NCBI GenBank assembly: GCA_964057225.1
Contig: OZ059898.1
Coordinates: forward strand, 19,158,001-19,222,000
DNA from: Auanema rhodensis
Taxonomy: Eukaryota > Animalia > Nematoda
Length of the DNA stretch: 64,000 nucleotides
Reading direction: 5' to 3'
Shown here: positions 56,491 through 64,000 of the stretch, one piece after another
Numbering within the stretch: position 1 is the first letter of the stretch
How the letters are laid out: every line of letters begins with the position of its first letter
The notes under the pieces: generated by a model
The model's input: only the letters and a program-made list of their open reading frames with translations
The model's database searches: none
Told to the model about the DNA's origin: nothing
Program-made: the position numbers and the translations under genes

Positions 56491-59400
56491 AAAAAATGCA
56501 CCGAGATATCAACTGATATAAGTTCACACTTATATCCTCGATTTTCACCCTGAAGAATTATTTTTTTCGTTGAATAACATTGTCCATCGTCTTTGCCTTG
56601 AAAAAAGGAATCTAAAAACATCTACTTTTTGCTAAATTATTTTGAAATTTTTCGAAAAAATTTTTGTCAAAATGTTTTTGGAAGCAATGTTGAGTGAACA
56701 TGGAAACTCAACATACACTAATGCATCATTTTTCGAACAATCATAACTAATTTTTGTATTAAGCGTTTCTCAATGTAGTATAGTGCATTTGATGCGGAAT
56801 TTTAAGCTGCGTCGATCTGTGTTATCAGATTTGCGCTAGCTTAAAAATGCACCGAGATATCAACTGATATAAGTTCACACTTATATCCTCGATTTTCACC
56901 CTGAAGAATTAATTTTTTCGTTGAATAACATTGTCCATCGTCTTTGCCTTGAAAAAAGGAATCTAAAAACATCTACTTTTTGCTAAATTATTTTGAAATT
57001 TTTCGAAAAAATTTTTGTCAAAATGTTTTTGGAAGCAATGTTGAGTGAACATGGAAACTCAACATACACTAATGCATCATTTTTCGAACAATCATAACTA
57101 ATTTTTGTATTAAGCGTTTCTCAATGTAGTATAGTGCATTTGATGCGGATTTTTAAGCTGCGTCGATCTGTGTTATCAGATTTGCGCTAGCTTAAAAATG
57201 CACCGAGATATCAACTGATATAAGTTCACACTTATATCCTCGATTTTCACCCTGAAGAATTAATTTTTTCGTTGAATAACATTGTCCATCGTCTTTGCCT
57301 TGAAAAAAGGAATCTAAAAACATCTACTTTTTGCTAAATTATTTTGAAATTTTTCGAAAAAATTTTTGTCAAAATGTTTTTGGAAGCAATGTTGAGTGTA
57401 CATGGAAACTCAACATACACTCAACATGCATCATTTTTCAAACGATCATAACTAATTTTTGTATTAAGCGTTTCTCAATGTAGTATAGTGCATTCGATGC
57501 GGATTTTTAAGCTGCGTCGATCTGTGTTATCAGATTTGCGCTAGCTTAAAAATGCACCGAGATATCAACTGATATAAGTTCACACTTATATCCTCGATTT
57601 TCACCCTGAAGAATTATTTTTTTCGTTGAATAACATTGTCCATCGTCTTTGCCTTGAAAAAAGGAATCTAAAAACATCTACTTTTTGCTAAATTATTTTG
57701 AAATTTTTCGAAAAAATTTTTGTCAAAATGTTTTTGGAAGCAATGTTGAGTGAACATGGAAACTCAACATACACTAATGCATCATTTTTCGAACAATCAT
57801 AACTAATTTTTGTATTAAGCGTTTCTCAATGTAGTATAGTGCATTTGATGCGGATTTTTAAGCTGCGTCGATCTGTGTTATCAGATTCGCGCTAGCTTAA
57901 AAATGCACCGAGATATCAACTGATATAAGTTCACACTTATATCCTCGATTTTCACCCTGAAGAATTAATTTTTTCGTTGAATAACATTGTCCATCGTCTT
58001 TGCCTTGAAAAAAGGAATCTAAAAACATCTACTTTTTGCTAAATTATTTTGAAATTTTTCGAAAAAAATTTTGTCAAAATGTTTTTGGAAGCAATGTTGA
58101 GTGTACATGGAAACTCAACATACACTAATGCATCATTTTTCAAACGATCATAACTAATTTTTGTATTAAGCGTTTCTCAATGTAGTATAGTGCATTCGAT
58201 GCGGATTTTTAAGCTGCGTCGATCTGTGTTATCAGATTTGCGCTAGCTTAAAAATGCACCGAGATATCAACTGATATAAGTTCACACTTATATCCTCGAT
58301 TTTCACCCTGAAGAATTATTTTTTTCGTTGAATAACATTGTCCATCGTCTTTGCCTTGAAAAAAGGAATCTAAAAACATCTACTTTTTGCTAAATTATTT
58401 TGAAATTTTTCGAAAAAATTTTTGTCAAAATGTTTTTGGAAGCAATGTTGAGTGAACATGGAAACTCAACATACACTAATGCATCATTTTTCGAACAATC
58501 ATAACTAATTTTTGTATTAAGCGTTTCTCAATGTAGTATAGTGCATTTGATGCGGATTTTTAAGCTGCGTCGATCTGTGTTATCAGATTTGCGCTAGCTT
58601 AAAAATGCACCGAGATATCAACTGATATAAGTTCACACTTATATCCTCGATTTTCACCCTGAAGAATTAATTTTTTCGTTGAATAACATTGTCCATTGTC
58701 TTTGCCTTGAAAAAAGGAATCTAAAAACATCTACTTTTTGCTAAATTATTTTGAAATTGTTCGAAAAAATTTTTGTCAAAATGTTTTTGGAAGCAATGTT
58801 GAGTGTACATGGAAACTCAACATACACTAATGCATCATTTTTCAAACGATCATAACTAATTTTTGTATTAAGCGTTTCTTAATGTAGTATAGTGCATTCG
58901 ATGCGGTATTTTAAGCTGCGTCGATCTGTGTTATCAGATTTGCGCTAGCTAAAAAATGCACCGAGATATCAACTGATATAAGTTCACACTTATATCCTCG
59001 ATTTTCACCCTGAAGAATTATTTTTTTCGTTGAATAACATTGTCCATCGTCTTTGCCTTGAAAAAAGGAATCTAAAAACATCTACTTTTTGCTAAATTAT
59101 TTTGAAATTTTTCGAAAAAATTTTTGTCAAAATGTTTTTGGAAGCAATGTTGAGTGAACATGGAAACTCAACATACACTAATGCATCATTTTTCGAACAA
59201 TCATAACTAATTTTTGTATTAAGCGTTTCTCAATGTAGTATAGTGCATTTGATGCGGATTTTTAAGCTGCGTCGATCTGTGTTATCAGATTTGCGCTAGC
59301 TTAAAAATGCACCGAGATATCAACTGATATAAGTTCACACTTATATCCTCGATTTTCACCCTGAAGAATTAATTTTTTCGTTGAATAACATTGTCCATCG

Positions 59401-62400
59401 TCTTTGCCTTGAAAAAAGGAATCTAAAAACATCTACTTTTTGCTAAATTATTTTGAAATTTTTCGAAAAAATTTTTGTCAAAATGTTTTTGGAAGCAATG
59501 TTGAGTGAACATGGAAACTCAACATACACTAATGCATCATTTTTCGAACAATCATAACTAATTTTTGTATTAAGCGTTTCTCAATGTAGTATAGTGCATT
59601 TGATGCGGATTTTTAAGCTGCGTCGATCTGTGTTATCAGATTTGCGCTAGCTTAAAAATGCACCGAGATATCAACTGATATAAGTTCACACTTATATCCT
59701 CGATTTTCACCCTGAAGAATTAATTTTTTTGTTGAATAACATTGTCTATCGTCTTTGCCTTGAAAAAAGGAATCTAAAAACATCTACTTTTTGCTAAATT
59801 ATTTTGAAATTTTTCGAAAAAATTTTTGTCAAAATGTTTTTGGAAGCAATGTTGAGTGAACATGGAAACTCAACATACACTAATGCATCATTTTTCGAAC
59901 AATCATAACTAATTTTTGTATTAAGCGTTTCTCAATGTAGTATAGTGCATTTGATGCGGATTTTTAAGCTGCGTCGATCTGTGTTATCAGATTTGCGCTA
60001 GCTTAAAAATGCACCGAGATATCAACTGATATAAGTTCACACTTATATCCTCGATTTTCACCCTGAAGAATTATTTTTTTCGTTGAATAACATTGTCCAT
60101 CGTCTTTGCCTTGAAAAAAGGAATCTAAAAACATCTACTTTTTGCTAAATTATTTTGAAATTTTTCGAAAAAATTTTTGTCAAAATGTTTTTGGAAGCAA
60201 TGTTGAGTGTACATGGAAACTCAACATACACTAATGCATCATTTTTCAAACGATCATAACTAATTTTTGTATTGAGCGTTTCTCAATGTAGTATAGTGCA
60301 TTCGATGCGGATTTTTAAGCTGCGTCGATCTGTGTTATCAGATTTGCGCTAGCTTAAAAATGCACCGAGATATCAACTGATATAAGTTCACACTTATATC
60401 CTCGATTTTCACCCTGAAGAATTATTTTTTTCGTTGAATAACATTGTCCATCGTCTTTGCCTTGAAAAAAGGAATCTAAAAACATCTACTTTTTGCTAAA
60501 TTATTTTGAAATTGTTCGAAAAAATTTTTGTCAAAATGTTTTTGGAAGCAATGTTGAGTGTACATGGAAACTCAACATACACTAATGCATCATTTTTCAA
60601 ACGATCATAACTAATTTTTGTATTAAGCGTTTCTCAATGTAGTATAGTGCATTCGATGCGGATTTTTAAGCTGCGTCGATCTGTGTTATCAGATTTGCGC
60701 TAGCTAAAAAATGCACCGAGATATCAACTGATATAAGTTCACACTTATATCCTCGATTTTCACCCTGAAGAATTATTTTTTTCGTTGAATAACATTGTCC
60801 ATCGTCTTTGCCTTGAAAAAAGGAATCTAAAAACATCTACTTTTTGCTAAATTATTTTGAAATTTTTCGAAAAAATTTTTGTCAAAATGTTTTTGGAAGC
60901 AATGTTGAGTGAACATGGAAACTCAACATACACTAATGCATCATTTTTCGAACAATCATAACTAATTTTTGTATTAAGCGTTTCTCAATGTAGTATAGTG
61001 CATTTGATGCGGATTTTTAAGCTGCGTCGATCTGTGTTATCAGATTTGCGCTAGCTTAAAAATGCACCGAGATATCAACTGATATAAGTTCACACTTATA
61101 TCCTCGATTTTCACCCTGAAGAATTAATTTTTTCGTTGAATAACATTGTCCATCGTCTTTGCCTTGAAAAAAGGAATCTAAAAACATCTACTTTTTGCTA
61201 AATTATTTTGAAATTTTTCGAAAAAATTTTTGTCAAAATGTTTTTGGAAGCAATGTTGAGTGAACATGGAAACTCAACATACACTAATGCATCATTTTTC
61301 GAACAATCATAACTAATTTTTGTATTAAGCGTTTCTCAATGTAGTATAGTGCATTTGATGCGGATTTTTAAGCTGCGTCGATCTGTGTTATCAGATTTGC
61401 GCTAGCTTAAAAATGCACCGAGATATCAACTGATATAAGTTCACACTTATATCCTCGATTTTCACCCTGAAGAATTAATTTTTTCGTTGAATAACATTGT
61501 CCATCGTCTTTGCCTTGAAAAAAGGAATCTAAAAACATCTACTTTTTGCTAAATTATTTTGAAATTTTTCGAAAAAATTTTTGTCAAAATGTTTTTGGAA
61601 GCAATGTTGAGTGTACATGGAAACTCAACATACACTCAACATGCATCATTTTTCAAACGATCATAACTAATTTTTGTATTAAGCGTTTCTCAATGTAGTA
61701 TAGTGCATTCGATGCGGATTTTTAAGCTGCGTCGATCTGTGTTATCAGATTTGCGCTAGCTTAAAAATGCACCGAGATATCAACTGATATAAGTTCACAC
61801 TTATATCCTCGATTTTCACCCTGAAGAATTATTTTTTTCGTTGAATAACATTGTCCATCGTCTTTGCCTTGAAAAAAGGAATCTAAAAACATCTACTTTT
61901 TGCTAAATTATTTTGAAATTTTTCGAAAAAATTTTTGTCAAAATGTTTTTGGAAGCAATGTTGAGTGAACATGGAAACTCAACATACACTAATGCATCAT
62001 TTTTCGAACAATCATAACTAATTTTTGTATTAAGCGTTTCTCAATGTAGTATAGTGCATTTGATGCGGATTTTTAAGCTGCGTCGATCTGTGTTATCAGA
62101 TTCGCGCTAGCTTAAAAATGCACCGAGATATCAACTGATATAAGTTCACACTTATATCCTCGATTTTCACCCTGAAGAATTAATTTTTTCGTTGAATAAC
62201 ATTGTCCATCGTCTTTGCCTTGAAAAAAGGAATCTAAAAACATCTACTTTTTGCTAAATTATTTTGAAATTTTTCGAAAAAATTTTTGTCAAAATGTTTT
62301 TGGAAGCAATGTTGAGTGTACATGGAAACTCAACATACACTAATGCATCATTTTTCAAACGATCATAACTAATTTTTGTATTAAGCGTTTCTCAATGTAG

Positions 62401-64000
62401 TATAGTGCATTCGATGCGGATTTTTAAGCTGCGTCGATCTGTGTTATCAGATTTGCGCTAGCTTAAAAATGCACCGAGATATCAACTGATATAAGTTCAC
62501 ACTTATATCCTCGATTTTCACCCTGAAGAATTATTTTTTTCGTTGAATAACATTGTCCATCGTCTTTGCCTTGAAAAAAGGAATCTAAAAACATCTACTT
62601 TTTGCTAAATTATTTTGAAATTTTTCGAAAAAATTTTTGTCAAAATGTTTTTGGAAGCAATGTTGAGTGAACATGGAAACTCAACATACACTAATGCATC
62701 ATTTTTCGAACAATCATAACTAATTTTTGTATTAAGCGTTTCTCAATGTAGTATAGTGCATTTGATGCGGATTTTTAAGCTGCGTCGATCTGTGTTATCA
62801 GATTTGCGCTAGCTTAAAAATGCACCGAGATATCAACTGATATAAGTTCACACTTATATCCTCGATTTTCACCCTGAAGAATTAATTTTTTCGTTGAATA
62901 ACATTGTCCATCGTCTTTGCCTTGAAAAAAGGAATCTAAAAACATCTACTTTTTGCTAAATTATTTTGAAATTGTTCGAAAAAATTTTTGTCAAAATGTT
63001 TTTGGAAGCAATGTTGAGTGTACATGGAAACTCAACATACACTAATGCATCATTTTTCAAACGATCATAACTAATTTTTGTATTAAGCGTTTCTCAATGT
63101 AGTATAGTGCATTCGATGCGGATTTTTAAGCTGCGTCGATCTGTGTTATCAGATTTGCGCTAGCTAAAAAATGCACCGAGATATCAACTGATATAAGTTC
63201 ACACTTATATCCTCGATTTTCACCCTGAAGAATTATTTTTTTCGTTGAATAACATTGTCCATCGTCTTTGCCTTGAAAAAAGGAATCTAAAAACATCTAC
63301 TTTTTGCTAAATTATTTTGAAATTTTTCGAAAAAATTTTTGTCAAAATGTTTTTGGAAGCAATGTTGAGTGAACATGGAAACTCAACATACACTAATGCA
63401 TCATTTTTCGAACAATCATAACTAATTTTTGTATTAAGCGTTTCTCAATGTAGTATAGTGCATTTGATGCGGATTTTTAAGCTGCGTCGATCTGTGTTAT
63501 CAGATTTGCGCTAGCTTAAAAATGCACCGAGATATCAACTGATATAAGTTCACACTTATATCCTCGATTTTCACCCTGAAGAATTAATTTTTTCGTTGAA
63601 TAACATTGTCCATCGTCTTTGCCTTGAAAAAAGGAATTTAAAAACATCTACTTTTTGCTAAATTATTTTGAAATTTTTCGAAAAAATTTTTGTCAAAATG
63701 TTTTTGGAAGCAATGTTGAGTGAACATGGAAACTCAACATACACTAATGCATCATTTTTCGAACAATCATAACTAATTTTTGTATTAAGCGTTTCTCAAT
63801 GTAGTATAGTGCATTTGATGCGGATTTTTAAGCTGCGTCGATCTGTGTTATCAGATTTGCGCTAGCTTAAAAATGCACCGAGATATCAACTGATATAAGT
63901 TCACACTTATATCCTCGATTTTCACCCTGAAGAATTAATTTTTTTGTTGAATAACATTGTCTATCGTCTTTGCCTTGAAAAAAGGAATCTAAAAACATCT
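56491..64000. repeat. 12-monomer block duplication (4215-bp period), running off the window end
   Basis: Marker pairs at +4215: 56491/60706, 57416/61631 (complex insertion), 57888/62103, 58759/62974, 58951/63166, 59730/63945, 59747/63962. Confidence 0.88.

Larger units (their letters stand above)
1..64000. repeat. Tandem satellite DNA array, 351-bp AT-rich monomer, 182 full copies plus 120-bp partial copy; extends beyond both window edges
   Basis: AGATATCAACTGATATAAG recurs at 1, 352, 703, 1053, 1404, 1755 ... 63881. Length arithmetic: 182x351 minus five 1-bp deletions minus one 3-bp deletion plus two net 3-bp insertions gives a start at 63881. Copies differ at only a few sites each. No inverted copy or foreign sequence seen. 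Confidence 0.99.

Noticed and set aside
1-64000. CRISPR array or array with variable cargo
   Set aside because: No unique spacers; the entire 351 bp is repeated and there are no cas or other genes.
1-64000. Assembly artefact or rolling-circle concatemer of one small circle
   Set aside because: Copies carry hierarchical, position-structured variants and few homopolymer indels, consistent with a real evolving array. Individual near-identical block duplications still need read validation.

Overview
The whole 64 kb window is one uninterrupted head-to-tail tandem array (satellite DNA) of an AT-rich 351-bp monomer (110/351 = ~31% GC in the first copy). It holds 182 complete monomers plus a 120-bp partial copy starting at 63881, all in one orientation, with no insertions, genes, RNA genes or CRISPR spacers. 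This looks like eukaryotic (peri)centromeric/heterochromatic satellite; I cannot name the family or species from sequence alone. The one listed ORF is a chance opening caused by two SNPs. The interesting content is structural. (i) The monomer is largely a chain of four dyad-symmetry elements. (ii) Rare variants record nested block duplications of 2, 4, 6, 12 and 14/20 monomers rather than one fixed higher-order repeat. (iii) There is a haplotype domain boundary near 39-40 kb. (iv) A complex indel that perfects an inverted repeat looks like a template-switch product. I found no support for a novel coding or RNA system.
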